NCBI GenBank assembly: GCA_965207225.1
Contig: CBDBLV010000005.1
Location: 800,001-864,000, forward strand
DNA length: 64,000 nt
Source: Dehalococcoidia bacterium
GTDB lineage: Bacteria; Chloroflexota; Dehalococcoidia; Plut-88900
Direction of reading: 5' to 3'
Made by a program: the position numbers and the translations under genes
The notes under the pieces: model-generated
Seen by the model: only the letters and a program-made list of their open reading frames with translations
Database searches by the model: none
Told to the model about the DNA's origin: nothing
In this document: piece by piece, positions 8,238 to 18,442 of the stretch
Position numbering within the stretch: the first letter of the stretch is position 1
Layout of the letters: each line of letters begins with the position of its first letter

Positions 8238-10667
8238 CTAAGCCTCGTTACCGCCAATGCTCCACCCCACCCCGAGCCCCTCCAGCTCCCTTGCCAGCCC
8301 GCGGTTCTCCGGCTTCTCGAGGAACGGGTCCGACTCCATTGCCTGCTCAGCCTCCTCCCTGGCCATCGCCAGCAGCTTCGTATCAGTTAACCTCGCCATC
8401 CGCAGGTCAGGCAGCCCGCTCTGCCGCGTCCCGAAGAACTCCCCCGGCCCCCGCAGCCTTAGGTCCTCTTCCGCCAGCACAAACCCGTCCCGGATCTCCG
8501 TCATCAGCCTCAGCCGTTCCTGGGCCTCCTCGGATGGGCGGTCTGCCAGGAGCAGGCAGTAGCTCTTCTCGCGCCCCCTCCCCACCCGACCCCTGAACTG
8601 GTGTAGCTGCGACAGCCCGAACCGCTCCGCACCCTCGATCATCATTACCGTCGCATTCGGAACATCGATCCCCACCTCCACCACCGCCGTCGACACCAGT
8701 ATGTCCAGCTCTCCCCTGCGGAACGCATCCATCACCTCGTCCTTCTCCACCGAGTTCAACCGACCATGCAGAAGCCCCAGTCTCAAATCCGGGAACACCT
8801 CCTCGGAAAGTCGCTCGTACTCCTTCGTCGCCGCCCGCGTCTGCAGCGCCTCCGACTCTTCCACCAGCGGGCAGATAACGAACGCCTGCCGACCCTTCTG
8901 CACCTGCTGCCTCACGAAGTCGTAGGCCAGTTCTCGCTGGTACGGCTTCACCCATTTCGTCTCTATCGGGATCCTCCCCGGCGGCATCTCGTCCAGCACG
9001 GAGACATCCAGGTCCCCATAGAGGGTCAGTGCTAGTGTCCTCGGTATCGGGGTAGCAGTCATAACTAGAAGGTGAGGACTCGCCCCCTTCTGCCTTAGTG
9101 CCGCCCGCTGCATCACCCCGAACCTGTGCTGCTCGTCCACCACGATCAGCCCCAGGTCCCGAAACTCGACCTCCTTCTGGATCAACGCCTGCGTCCCGAC
9201 CACTATGTCTATAGCCCCGTCCGCTATCTCCCTGTGCACCTCCCGCTTTGCCCCTTGTCTGATATCCCCGATCAGAAGCCCGACCCTCATCTCCCTCCCC
9301 ACCCTCGACCCCACCCTCTGCACCACATCACTCCCCGAAAGAGCGCCCGATTCATCCTCCAACAGCCCGCAAATGGTGCTGAAGTGCTGCTCAGCCAGTA
9401 TCTCCGTCGGCGCCATGATCGCCCCTTGCGCACCGTTTGCCACCGCCTGCAGCAGAGCCCCCGCCGCCACCACCGTTTTCCCGCTTCCCACATCCCCCTG
9501 CAGCAGCCGAGCCATCGGCCTCGATCCACCCATGTCCTCCAGCACCTCCCCCAACCCCCGACTTTGTGCCCCCGTCAACGGAAACGGCAGCGATTCAACG
9601 AAACGCCTCCCTAGGGCTTCATCCGCCGCGATGGGCCGAGCCTCCTGTCCCAGCTGCCACTCCCGCTTCCTCGCCAGTACGCGCAGTTGCATCAGGAGGA
9701 GCTCGTTAAAGGCCAGCCGCACCCGGGCCCTCTCCTTCACATCTTCATCTTCCGGATAGTGTGCCCGCGCTATCGCCTGCTTGATTGGCATTAGCTTCCT
9801 GCGTCGGATCAGACCCTCATCCAGGAATTCCGAGACCTTACCTATGCACAACTCCAACGTCCGACGCACCAGGTTTCGCACCGTCCTCTGGTACAACCCC
9901 TCCGTCAAGGGATAGACCGGCACCAGCCGGCCCGTGTGCGTCGACGACTTGTCGGAGATCACCTCGTATTCCGGGTTTTCAAACACCTTCCTACCCCGGA
10001 ATATCCTCACCCGACCCCCAACCGCAATCCTCTGATTGGCCTTTAGCGAGTGACCTAACCAGGTATTGTTGAACCAGACGATTTCGATGTTCCCTGTATC
10101 ATCTCCGATGATGACCTTCGACCCCTGCCTCCGTGGCCCGAGCCTCACGACCGACGCCTCCCAGATGAATCCTGTTGCTGTTTGGTCTTCGCCCGGCGTG
10201 AGGTCGGCTATCGGGTTCGTCTTTCGGAAGTCCAGGTGCCGGTTGGGGAAGAGATATATCAGGTCCCTCACCGTCGCAACTCCCAGCTTCGCTAACCTCT
10301 TCGCCGTAGCGTCCTGCACACCCTTGAGCGCCGTTACCGGATCAGCTGGATCGGGAGCTTCGCCTCGTGTCTCGGGCTTGGGTTTGGCTGGAGGCTTCCT
10401 CGCTGGCTTGGGCTTCGCCGCCGGTTCTCCCACAACTTTCCCCTCCCCCGACCTCTTCCCCAACGTTGCCAACGCCCCTTCTACCCACATCCTCCGCTCA
10501 CGTACCTCAAGGTCCTTGTAGCTATCAGGTATGGTCACCCCGCCCACCTTCATACCGCGCCACCGTTCCAGGAAGGAGTCGAGCCCCCCGATCATTGCCT
10601 TATCCTGGAACCCGAGGGCGCGCTCCTGTGATAAGACTTTCTTGAGGGTGTCCAGTCCAGGCTCCAT
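8238..10667 (-). CDS. recG: ATP-dependent DNA helicase RecG
   Basis: LLQGDVGSGKT, DEQHRFG, MTATPIPRT, QLHQFRGRVGRG. Confidence 0.97.
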   Translation of the reverse strand: MEPGLDTLKKVLSQERALGFQDKAMIGGLDSFLERWRGMKVGGVTIPDSYKDLEVRERRMWVEGALATLGKRSGEGKVVGEPAAKPKPARKPPAKPKPETRGEAPDPADPVTALKGVQDATAKRLAKLGVATVRDLIYLFPNRHLDFRKTNPIADLTPGEDQTATGFIWEASVVRLGPRRQGSKVIIGDDTGNIEIVWFNNTWLGHSLKANQRIAVGGRVRIFRGRKVFENPEYEVISDKSSTHTGRLVPVYPLTEGLYQRTVRNLVRRTLELCIGKVSEFLDEGLIRRRKLMPIKQAIARAHYPEDEDVKERARVRLAFNELLLMQLRVLARKREWQLGQEARPIAADEALGRRFVESLPFPLTGAQSRGLGEVLEDMGGSRPMARLLQGDVGSGKTVVAAGALLQAVANGAQGAIMAPTEILAEQHFSTICGLLEDESGALSGSDVVQRVGSRVGREMRVGLLIGDIRQGAKREVHREIADGAIDIVVGTQALIQKEVEFRDLGLIVVDEQHRFGVMQRAALRQKGASPHLLVMTATPIPRTLALTLYGDLDVSVLDEMPPGRIPIETKWVKPYQRELAYDFVRQQVQKGRQAFVICPLVEESEALQTRAATKEYERLSEEVFPDLRLGLLHGRLNSVEKDEVMDAFRRGELDILVSTAVVEVGIDVPNATVMMIEGAERFGLSQLHQFRGRVGRGREKSYCLLLADRPSEEAQERLRLMTEIRDGFVLAEEDLRLRGPGEFFGTRQSGLPDLRMARLTDTKLLAMAREEAEQAMESDPFLEKPENRGLARELEGLGVGWSIGGNEA

Positions 10668-10698
10668 GGCCCGGCTATGCTGCTGCCAAGGGCCGCAC

Positions 10699-11553
10699 CT
10701 AGCCCGTGCTGAAGCCCAGCCCCAGTGCCCCCGGCCCGAGATGCGTCCCCAGTACCGGCCCGAATCGCGACAGTATCAGGTTCTCCGGGCTCACCAGTGG
10801 CCGCAGACTTTCCAGGACCGACTCCGCTTCCTCACGGTTTGTGCTGTAGGCAACCCCTGCCATCTTTATCTCCCCTTCTCCCCGCGCCTCTCCAATCAGA
10901 CGGTCCAGCCCCTTGCGCCGTGTCCTTACCCGCTCAAATGGATGGGCTTCGCCGTTTCTGACCTCCACTATCGGTATCACCTTTAGGATCGACAGCGGAC
11001 GCAGCGAGTTCCCCAGGAACGCCTGCACCTTCCCTATCCTGCCCCCCTTAGCCAGGTACTCCAGCGTCTCTAGCAGCGCCAGCGTCCTGGTCCCGGGCAT
11101 CATGTTCGTGACAAGCTGTTTCAGGTCCTCCATTGCCGCCCCTGCCTTCGCCGCCCGGGCCGCAGCGATTACTATCATGCCCAGCCCCATTGACACCTGC
11201 AGCGAGTCCATCACCTCCACCTTGTTTCCGCCTTCCATCTCCGACGCCGCCAACCGCGCAGAATTGTACGTCTGGCTCAGCTTCCCCGAGATGTGGATCG
11301 AGAGTATCTCGTCCGTCTCCTTCGCCACCTCCTTATATGCCTCAGCAAATACCCCCGCCGAGGGCTGGGACGTCGTCGGAAGCTTGTCCGAAGTGATCAG
11401 CTTCCTGTAAAACTCGTCCGCACTCAGGTCCACACCGTCCCGATATCCCTGGTCTCCGAACATGACCGTCAGAGGTACTACCGTAATGTCCAACTCCCGG
11501 CAAATCTCCGCCGGCAGGTCTGATGTGCTGTCCGTTACTATTCTCACTCCCAT
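10699..11553 (-). CDS. DegV family fatty-acid-binding protein (FakB-like)
   Basis: IVTDSTSDL, TTSQPS, HLGPG motifs. Confidence 0.93.
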   Translation of the reverse strand: MGVRIVTDSTSDLPAEICRELDITVVPLTVMFGDQGYRDGVDLSADEFYRKLITSDKLPTTSQPSAGVFAEAYKEVAKETDEILSIHISGKLSQTYNSARLAASEMEGGNKVEVMDSLQVSMGLGMIVIAAARAAKAGAAMEDLKQLVTNMMPGTRTLALLETLEYLAKGGRIGKVQAFLGNSLRPLSILKVIPIVEVRNGEAHPFERVRTRRKGLDRLIGEARGEGEIKMAGVAYSTNREEAESVLESLRPLVSPENLILSRFGPVLGTHLGPGALGLGFSTG

Positions 11554-11694
11554 CTTCCGCTCTTACCTTTCTTTGCCACTGTCTCCTTAACTCTCATTCT
11601 GATGCCCCACGAGGAATCTGGGTCAGGGCTTTAGGCATGGATGGCAATACCCGCTTCTCCAATAGCCCAAGAACAAAGAGTCATTCAAGGTACG

Positions 11695-13344
11695 CTATTC
11701 CAGCGAAACTATAAACTCGTAATGCGGCTGACCCCCGACCAACACTTCCACCTCCAGCGAAGGCACCACCTTCTCCAGAGCCCCGACCAATCGACCCTTC
11801 TCCTCTTCCCCCACCCCCTCCCCGCAGTACACCGTCGCCAGCGATACCCCCAGCCCCTCCAGCCTCCCCCCGAGCTCTCTGACCACTTCCTCAGGCTCGG
11901 AGCATGCTGCTGCCAACTCCCCATCCAGTATCCCAATCGAGTCTCCCTCATTCACCTTCAGCCCCTCCACCGACGTCTCCCGCACCGCCCGTGTGATTTC
12001 CAGGCAGTAAACTTCCTCCAGCGCCAAGCGCATCGACTCCACGTTCTCGTCCAGTTCAGCCGTCGAGTTAAAGGCCAGGGCTCCGGCCACACCCTGCGGC
12101 ACATTCACAGCCGCCACCACTTCAACCCGCTTGGAGACGACCTCCGCCGCCCTCTGAGCCGTAAGCACTACGTTCTTGTTGTTCGGCATCACTATCACCG
12201 ACTCAGCATCCAGAGACTCCACCGCTTCCACAATCTGTGCCACACTAGGGTTCATCGACTGCCCCCCCGACACAAAGGCCCCGACTCCCAGGCTTGCAAA
12301 CACTTCCTGTATCCCGGGCCCCGGCACCACCGCAACCATCCCTACCGATGCGTTTTGCCCATCCGAGCCCGCCCCCAGCCACGCCCCGTGCTGTTCGTCC
12401 ATGTCCTGCACGCTGACCTGGGATATCTCCCCGAAGCTCCTGCACAGCTCAACCACCTCATCAGGCGTAAAACTGTGGGTGTGCACCCTCACAACCTCAT
12501 GGTCCCCGACAACCACCGTCGACTCCCCAATCCCGCTCACTGCCGCTCTGATCTCCCCCGAGTCCAGCCCTTTCCCCCGGATTATGAACTGCGTGCAGTT
12601 CCCATATACCTGTTCACTGCCCTCCCCTCCCCCCATCGCCGAGACCCTTGCAATGGCATCCCGGTTTATCGCCGGTGGCGCCTCTCCGAGAGGTTCGTTC
12701 CTCAAGCCCTTCAGGGCACCTTGCAGGATTAGAAAAACGCCGTGTCCGCCCGCATCCACCACCCCCGCCTCCTTCAGTATCGGCAGCAGTTCCGGCGTCC
12801 TCTCCACCGAGGCCTCGGCCTCACTCACCGCATTTTCAAGCACCCCTTCCAGGTCACCCCCCGTGCCCGCCACCTCCTCCGCAGCCCGCGCCGCATCCTT
12901 GATCACCGTCAGCATCGTCCCCTCCACCGGCCTCTCCACACCCTTGTACGCCGATTCCGTCGCCAGCGATAGGCTTCTCGCCAGCGTCCGACCATCTAGC
13001 GCTCCTGCTCCGTCTATCCCGTCCGCAAACCCTTTCAGGATCTGCGACAGGATAACCCCACTGTTTCCCCGGGCCTCCATCAGCGCGCCCCACGCCAGCG
13101 CCTTGGCCTGTGGCCCGACTCCCGGCTCCGAGCACTCCATCGCCGCCTTCGACGCCGCGCGCAGGGTGAAAAGCATGTTCGTGCCCGTGTCGCCGTCGGG
13201 CACCGGAAAAACATTTAGGGAATCAACGTGGGCGGCGTTTACCTCCAGCCATCGCGTCGCCGCTTCGAACATGTTTAGCAGCGGCCCATGGTCGGCGCTC
13301 CGGCCATGGTAACGTGAAGTCTCGGCTTGTTCAGTGGATGTCAT
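11695..13344 (-). CDS. DAK2 domain protein (fatty acid kinase FakA/YloV-like)
   Basis: LNVFPVPDGDTGTNM, ARGNSGVILSQ, GVVDAGG. Confidence 0.93.
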   Translation of the reverse strand: MTSTEQAETSRYHGRSADHGPLLNMFEAATRWLEVNAAHVDSLNVFPVPDGDTGTNMLFTLRAASKAAMECSEPGVGPQAKALAWGALMEARGNSGVILSQILKGFADGIDGAGALDGRTLARSLSLATESAYKGVERPVEGTMLTVIKDAARAAEEVAGTGGDLEGVLENAVSEAEASVERTPELLPILKEAGVVDAGGHGVFLILQGALKGLRNEPLGEAPPAINRDAIARVSAMGGGEGSEQVYGNCTQFIIRGKGLDSGEIRAAVSGIGESTVVVGDHEVVRVHTHSFTPDEVVELCRSFGEISQVSVQDMDEQHGAWLGAGSDGQNASVGMVAVVPGPGIQEVFASLGVGAFVSGGQSMNPSVAQIVEAVESLDAESVIVMPNNKNVVLTAQRAAEVVSKRVEVVAAVNVPQGVAGALAFNSTAELDENVESMRLALEEVYCLEITRAVRETSVEGLKVNEGDSIGILDGELAAACSEPEEVVRELGGRLEGLGVSLATVYCGEGVGEEEKGRLVGALEKVVPSLEVEVLVGGQPHYEFIVSLE

Positions 13345-13432
13345 TGGCTATGGAGCAACCCTTCCTCAGGTTGTAAATCGGGGTCGATTATGCTAATTTG
13401 ATATGCAGGATTCTACACTAAAGGCGACTAAA

Positions 13433-13618
13433 TTGGCCAAGTGCGAAATATGTAACAAAGTTCCCAGGTTCGGCCGGAATGTGAGCCACTCCAAGCGCCA
13501 TACCCCCCGTATGTATAAGCCGAACGTTCATCCGGTCCGACTGATGGTCAACGGAAAGCGTCAGAGGATGAACGTCTGCACCCGATGCCTCCGCACCCAA
13601 TACAAGCAGGTGTCGTGA
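13433..13618 (+). CDS. rpmB: 50S ribosomal protein L28
   Basis: AKCEICNK..GRNVSHSKRHT..VCTRCLR; TTG start 13433 preferred (ATG 13403 alternative). Confidence 0.95.
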   Translation: MAKCEICNKVPRFGRNVSHSKRHTPRMYKPNVHPVRLMVNGKRQRMNVCTRCLRTQYKQVS

Positions 13619-14364
13619 AGATACCGCGTTTTGTCTCCATACGCACATCCTTCCTCCCCACCATAGTTCTGTGCAGCCTGTTTACCCTTGCTATTGCCTG
13701 CGGAGGCTCTGCCGACTCGACTGCTACAGAGCCACCTCCCGCCCCCGACCCCACCGCAACCCAACCCCCCGCCGCAACTGATGTCCCCGATGAGGAGCCC
13801 GAGCCCACTGCACCTCCTGTAACCATAGATGTCTCGGATCGCGGCTGGAACGTCCTCGGCTCTCCCGACGCCCTGGTCACCGTCCTCGACTATAGCGACT
13901 TCCAATGAAGCAGCTGTAGGCGCTGGGCCCTTGGTACGGCCCAGGAGATTAAGTCCGCCTACGTGGACGACGGCCAGGTCAAAATGGTCTACCGTCACTA
14001 CGCTGTCTTGGGCTCCGAGTCTCGTACAATCGCCGAAGGTTCGGAGTGTGCCGGCGAACAGGGCGCTTTCTGGGATTACCATGACCACGCTTTCCAGGAC
14101 CGCAGCGGCGGTCGCGGCGTCGAAGGTCAGATCGCACGGGCTGAGACCCTCGGCCTCGACGTCCCCAAGTTCACCACCTGCATGGAAAATGCATCCCACG
14201 AAAGCACCGTTGCCGCCGACCTCGCGCAGGCCAGAGAAGACGGCGTCACTACCCAGCCGACCATTTTCGTCATCAGCGGCGACAAAATGACCAAGTTCGT
14301 CGGCGCCCGTTCCTTCGATGACGTTTCCGCCGTCATTGACGAATATCTGGGCGTCCAGTACTAG
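13615..14364 (+). CDS. DsbA/thioredoxin-like lipoprotein, probable selenoprotein (Sec at TGA 13906-13908, USSC)
   Basis: ORFs 13585-13908 and 13963-14364 are in the same frame; YSDFQ-TGA-SSC matches the DsbA DFQCPxC motif; lipobox LAIAC; hairpin 13923-13944. Confidence 0.88.
13923..13944 (+). promoter_or_regulatory. Candidate bacterial SECIS hairpin
   Basis: CTGGGCC-CTTGGTAC-GGCCCAG 14 nt after TGA; equivalent hairpins at 14714-14731 and 15447-15468. Confidence 0.65.
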
Positions 14365-14403
14365 TGACTCTCCTGCCAACCCGGAAACAACACCCTCTCT
14401 AGT

Positions 14404-15882
14404 ATGGTCACTTTTCCTCGCACCCCTTCTTCCTCGAAGTTCTTTCTCCTCATCGTCTGCATATCTGCTGTTGCTCTTGTTGCTTGGGCCTGTTCCTCCA
14501 CCCCTGACGCTGTAGTCCCCACCGCCACCTCAGCCCCAATCCCCACCAACACCCTCGTCCCCGGTGCAACTGCATCTCCTTCCGACACCCCCTCCCCCGA
14601 CCCCACAGCCACCGCCCCTCCCACCACTCGGGAATGGAATATCCTCGGACCCCTGGACGCCTCCGTCACCATCGCCGATTTCGGCGACTTTCAATGACCC
14701 GGCTGTAAGCACTGGGCCCGTGGAGCGGCCCTCGAAGTCAAGAAGACCTACGTCGATACTGGAATGGTCAACCTCGCCTACTTCCATTTCCCTCACATCA
14801 ACGACGATTCCTATCTTGCCGCCCTCGCCACCGAGTGCGCCGGCGAACAGGGTGCCTTCTGGCAGTACCACGACCACCTGTATATTAACCAGGGTGAAGG
14901 CGGCCGAGGCGCAGAAAGACTCGAAGGCTTTGCCGAAGACCTCGGCCTGGACACGGGTCAGTTCTCATCCTGCCTGGATTCTCGTAAATACGACGGCGTC
15001 ATCCAGAGGGACATTAACCTTGCCCTGCAAAACGATGTTTCCGTCACACCCACCATCTTCGTCCTCTCCAGCGACCCTACCGTGACCGGGGTAAAGTACG
15101 ACGGCTCCCCATCTTTCGAAGACATCTCTAGGGTCATCGACGAACTTCTGGCCACCCCCGACCCAAGCCCATCCCCCATCCCTGCCCCGACCCCAACCTC
15201 CACTACTGCCCACACGCCAACAACCGTGCCCATCTCACCCGAGCCAACCGCAACTTCTGTGCCCTCCTCCACCTCTGCCCCAACGCCTACTCCAACCCCG
15301 GCCCCTACGGCAACCCCAAGACCTACCCCAACCCCTTTCCCAATCTCCGTCCCTGAATCTGGACGCACTTGGAATGTCCTCGGTTCGCCTGATGCACCCG
15401 TCACCTTGGAAGACTTCAGCGACTTTCAATGACCGACTTGTAGGAACTGGGCCCTTGGACCGGCCCAGGAGCTAAAGCGAAAATACGTGGACAGTGGTCA
15501 ACTCAAACTTGTTTATAGACACACGGTAAATCTTGGCCGCAGTTCTGAGATTATGGCCCTGGGCGCGGAATGTGCGGGAGAGCAAGGGGCCTTCTGGGAA
15601 TTCCACGACGCCCGCTATCAGAGCCGCGCCGGAGATATCGCAGGTCAGGTTAGCTTGGCAAGTTCTCTCGGCCTGGATGCCGACCAGTTCTCTGGCTGCA
15701 TGAACTCTCAGAAATACTGGTCATCACTGGCCGAAGACAGAGCCCTGGCTAGAGGATATGGACTGGCGTACCAGCCCAACTTTGTAATATCAAGCGGCGG
15801 AGAATTCGAAATACGGATCGGATACAGAACCGCAGCGCAGCTCTCTGAAGTAATCGACAAATACCTGGACGTTGCTAACTAA
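14404..15882 (+). CDS. Tandem two-domain DsbA-like lipoprotein, probable double selenoprotein (TGA 14695-14697 UPGC; TGA 15430-15432 UPTC)
   Basis: Three ORF-track pieces are in one frame; FGDFQ-TGA-PGC and FSDFQ-TGA-PTC; ECAGEQGAFW in both domains. Confidence 0.88.
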
Positions 15883-16556
15883 GCCTGACCAACGCTGGTC
15901 CTGAGCCGTGCAACAGCTTTCTCCACCGACTCCCGCTCATTAAACACCGCCGACCCCGCCACCAGCACCCTCGCCCCGGCCTCCACCACAATCGGCGCCG
16001 TCTCCGCATTTATCCCCCCATCCACCTCCAGCTCCGCCCCCGAACCCGCCTCGTCCAGCATAGCCCGCACCTTTGCAATCTTGCTCGTCACGCTGTGAAT
16101 GTACCTCTGCCCCCCGAAACCCGGGTTCACCGTCATTACCAGCACCAGGTCCACGTCCTCAATCACCGGCTCCAAGATAGACGCTGGCGTCCCCGGATTC
16201 AACGACACCCCCGCCCTCGCCCCCAGCTCCTTGATCTGGTAGATAACCCGGTGCAGGTGACGGCACGCCTCCGGGTGTACCGTCAGGATGTTCGCCCCCG
16301 CCTTGGCAAAGTCTGGGATCAGCTTGTCCGGCTCTTCGATCATCAGGTGTACGTCCAGTGGCAGCACCGTCCATGGCCTCACCCCCGACACTATGATCGG
16401 CCCAGCCGTCAGGTTCGGCACGAAATGCCCGTCCATGATGTCGACGTGAATGTAGTCCGCCCCCGCCCCCGACGCCTCCGCCACCTGTTCACCCAGACGA
16501 CCAAAGTCCGCCGAAAGAATCGACGGCGAGATCTTGATCTCAGTGCCTTCAGCCAT
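15879..16556 (-). CDS. rpe: Ribulose-phosphate 3-epimerase
   Basis: ISPSILSADF, HVDIMDGHFVPN, MTVNPGFGGQ, EVDGG. Confidence 0.96.
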   Translation of the reverse strand: MAEGTEIKISPSILSADFGRLGEQVAEASGAGADYIHVDIMDGHFVPNLTAGPIIVSGVRPWTVLPLDVHLMIEEPDKLIPDFAKAGANILTVHPEACRHLHRVIYQIKELGARAGVSLNPGTPASILEPVIEDVDLVLVMTVNPGFGGQRYIHSVTSKIAKVRAMLDEAGSGAELEVDGGINAETAPIVVEAGARVLVAGSAVFNERESVEKAVARLRTSVGQA

Positions 16557-17901
16557 CTGCACCCTCCAGCATCTTCCGCGCCTCCACCAGGGCCTTCCTC
16601 ACCCTTTCAGGGGCCGTACCCCCTTGGCTCGCCCTCGCCCCTAGGGACGACTCCACCGTAATCTCAAAAACGTCCTCATCAAACAACCCCGAATACCGCC
16701 GGTACTCCTCTAACGTCAACTTGTCTAGCCCCACCCCCTTCTCCCCTGCATATACAACCAGGGCCTTTGTAGCCCCGTGCGCCTCCCTGAAAGGCACACC
16801 CTTCTCCACAAGGTAGTCGGCCAGGTCCGTCGCCAGTATCCCCGAATAGACCCCTTCCTCCGCCGCCTTCCGCGTCCGATCCCGATTGATGGTCACGGTA
16901 TGGACCATCCCGGCAAAGGAATCCAACGTCATGTTCAGCGTGTCCACAGTGTCGAACAACCCCTCTTTGTCCTCCTGCATGTCTTTGTTGTAGGCTAGAG
17001 GCAAGCCTTTCAGGATCGTTAGCATTCCCATCAGGTTCCCATACACCCGACCCACCTTCCCCCGGGCCAGCTCTGCCACGTCGGGGTTCCTTTTCTGCGG
17101 CATGATGCTGCTGCCCGTCGTGTACTCCGCAGCCAGCTTAGCAAACCCAAACTCCCCCGACGTCCAGATTATCATCTCCTCCGCCAGCCGCGATATATGC
17201 ATCATCGTGACGGACGCCGCGGCATGGAACTCCACTAGGAAGTCCCTGTCCGACACCGCGTCCATGCTGTTTCTTGCTACCCCCTCAAACCCCAGTTCCC
17301 GTGCCACGAACTCCCGGTCTATGTTATACGTCACACCCGCCAGCGCCCCCGCCCCGAGCGGCAGCACGTTCACCCTCTGCCGACAGTCCCGGAACCGCTC
17401 GATGTCCCTCTGTGCCATTTCGAAGTACGCCAACAGGTGGTGGGCAACCAGCACCGGCTGAGCTCTCTGTAGATGCGTGTAACCGGGCATGATCGCATCC
17501 ACGTTCGCTTCCGCTTGTGAAAGGAGCGCCTGCTGTAACCTCCTCAGCCCCGAAATCGCTTCATCAATCGTATCCCTCACGAACAAGCGCACGTCCAGCG
17601 CCACCTGGTCGTTGCGGGACCGGGCCGTGTGCAGCCTCCCCGCCGCCTCCCCGATTAGTTCCGATAGCCGGGTCTCGACATTCATGTGAATGTCTTCAAG
17701 CTCCTCCCGGAACGGAAACTCCCCCGACTCAATCTCGCGCTCAATCGCATCCAGCCCCCCGCATATTGCCTCCACTTCTTCCCCCGATACAATCCCCTGC
17801 TTCCCCAACATCCGCGCATGCGCCTTCGAACCGGCAATATCCTGCTTGTACAACCGCCGGTCAAACGCTATCGACGTGGTATAGGGATGGGGAGTGGTCA
17901 C
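16549..17901 (-). CDS. argH: Argininosuccinate lyase
   Basis: LHTARSRNDQ, GSSIMPQKRNPD. Confidence 0.96.
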   Translation of the reverse strand: MTTPHPYTTSIAFDRRLYKQDIAGSKAHARMLGKQGIVSGEEVEAICGGLDAIEREIESGEFPFREELEDIHMNVETRLSELIGEAAGRLHTARSRNDQVALDVRLFVRDTIDEAISGLRRLQQALLSQAEANVDAIMPGYTHLQRAQPVLVAHHLLAYFEMAQRDIERFRDCRQRVNVLPLGAGALAGVTYNIDREFVARELGFEGVARNSMDAVSDRDFLVEFHAAASVTMMHISRLAEEMIIWTSGEFGFAKLAAEYTTGSSIMPQKRNPDVAELARGKVGRVYGNLMGMLTILKGLPLAYNKDMQEDKEGLFDTVDTLNMTLDSFAGMVHTVTINRDRTRKAAEEGVYSGILATDLADYLVEKGVPFREAHGATKALVVYAGEKGVGLDKLTLEEYRRYSGLFDEDVFEITVESSLGARASQGGTAPERVRKALVEARKMLEGADG

Positions 17902-17931
17902 TTTACCAAATGGGCGGTCAGGTGACCCTGG

Positions 17932-18411
17932 CTACCCCGCCCCATTCCCCCTCTTCGGTATCATCACCCGACGCCTCAGCGTCAGAATAGTCTCGTCCCT
18001 CTGGTTCCAAGCCCGCGTCTCGACATAGAGTATCCCGCGGTCGTTCTTGCTCTTCGACTCCCGCTTCTCCAGGATCTCCGTCTCCGCATAGACCGTGTCT
18101 CCGTGGAACGTCGGCCCCAGGTGCTTGACACTCTCGTATTCCAGGTTCGCTATCGCCTTCCCGCTTATCTCCCTTACCGTCATCCCGACCACCAGGCTGA
18201 TAACGAAAAGCCCGTTCACCAGCCTCTGCCCGAACTGGCTCCCCGACATGTAGTGCTCGTCGATGTGTAACGGAGCGTGGTTCATAGTGATCATGCTGAA
18301 CAGTGTGTCGTCGTACTCGTTCACCGTCCGGCCCGGCCAGTGCTTATAGATATCCCCGACCTGGTAGTCCTCGTACCAGCTCCCGAATGCCTCTCTTCCG
18401 TCGTGGTCCAT
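17932..18411 (-). CDS. MaoC-family dehydratase
   Basis: MNHAPLHIDE, PTFHGDT hot-dog fold motifs. Confidence 0.88.
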   Translation of the reverse strand: MDHDGREAFGSWYEDYQVGDIYKHWPGRTVNEYDDTLFSMITMNHAPLHIDEHYMSGSQFGQRLVNGLFVISLVVGMTVREISGKAIANLEYESVKHLGPTFHGDTVYAETEILEKRESKSKNDRGILYVETRAWNQRDETILTLRRRVMIPKRGNGAG

Positions 18412-18442
18412 AATGCTCTCCTGCCTGTGGTGTCTTGTCGGG

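Noticed and set aside
13906-15432. DsbA fragments as nonsense-mutated pseudogenes
   Set aside because: The stop is always TGA at the same catalytic Cys position in three paralogous domains with intact frames, which fits Sec rather than decay
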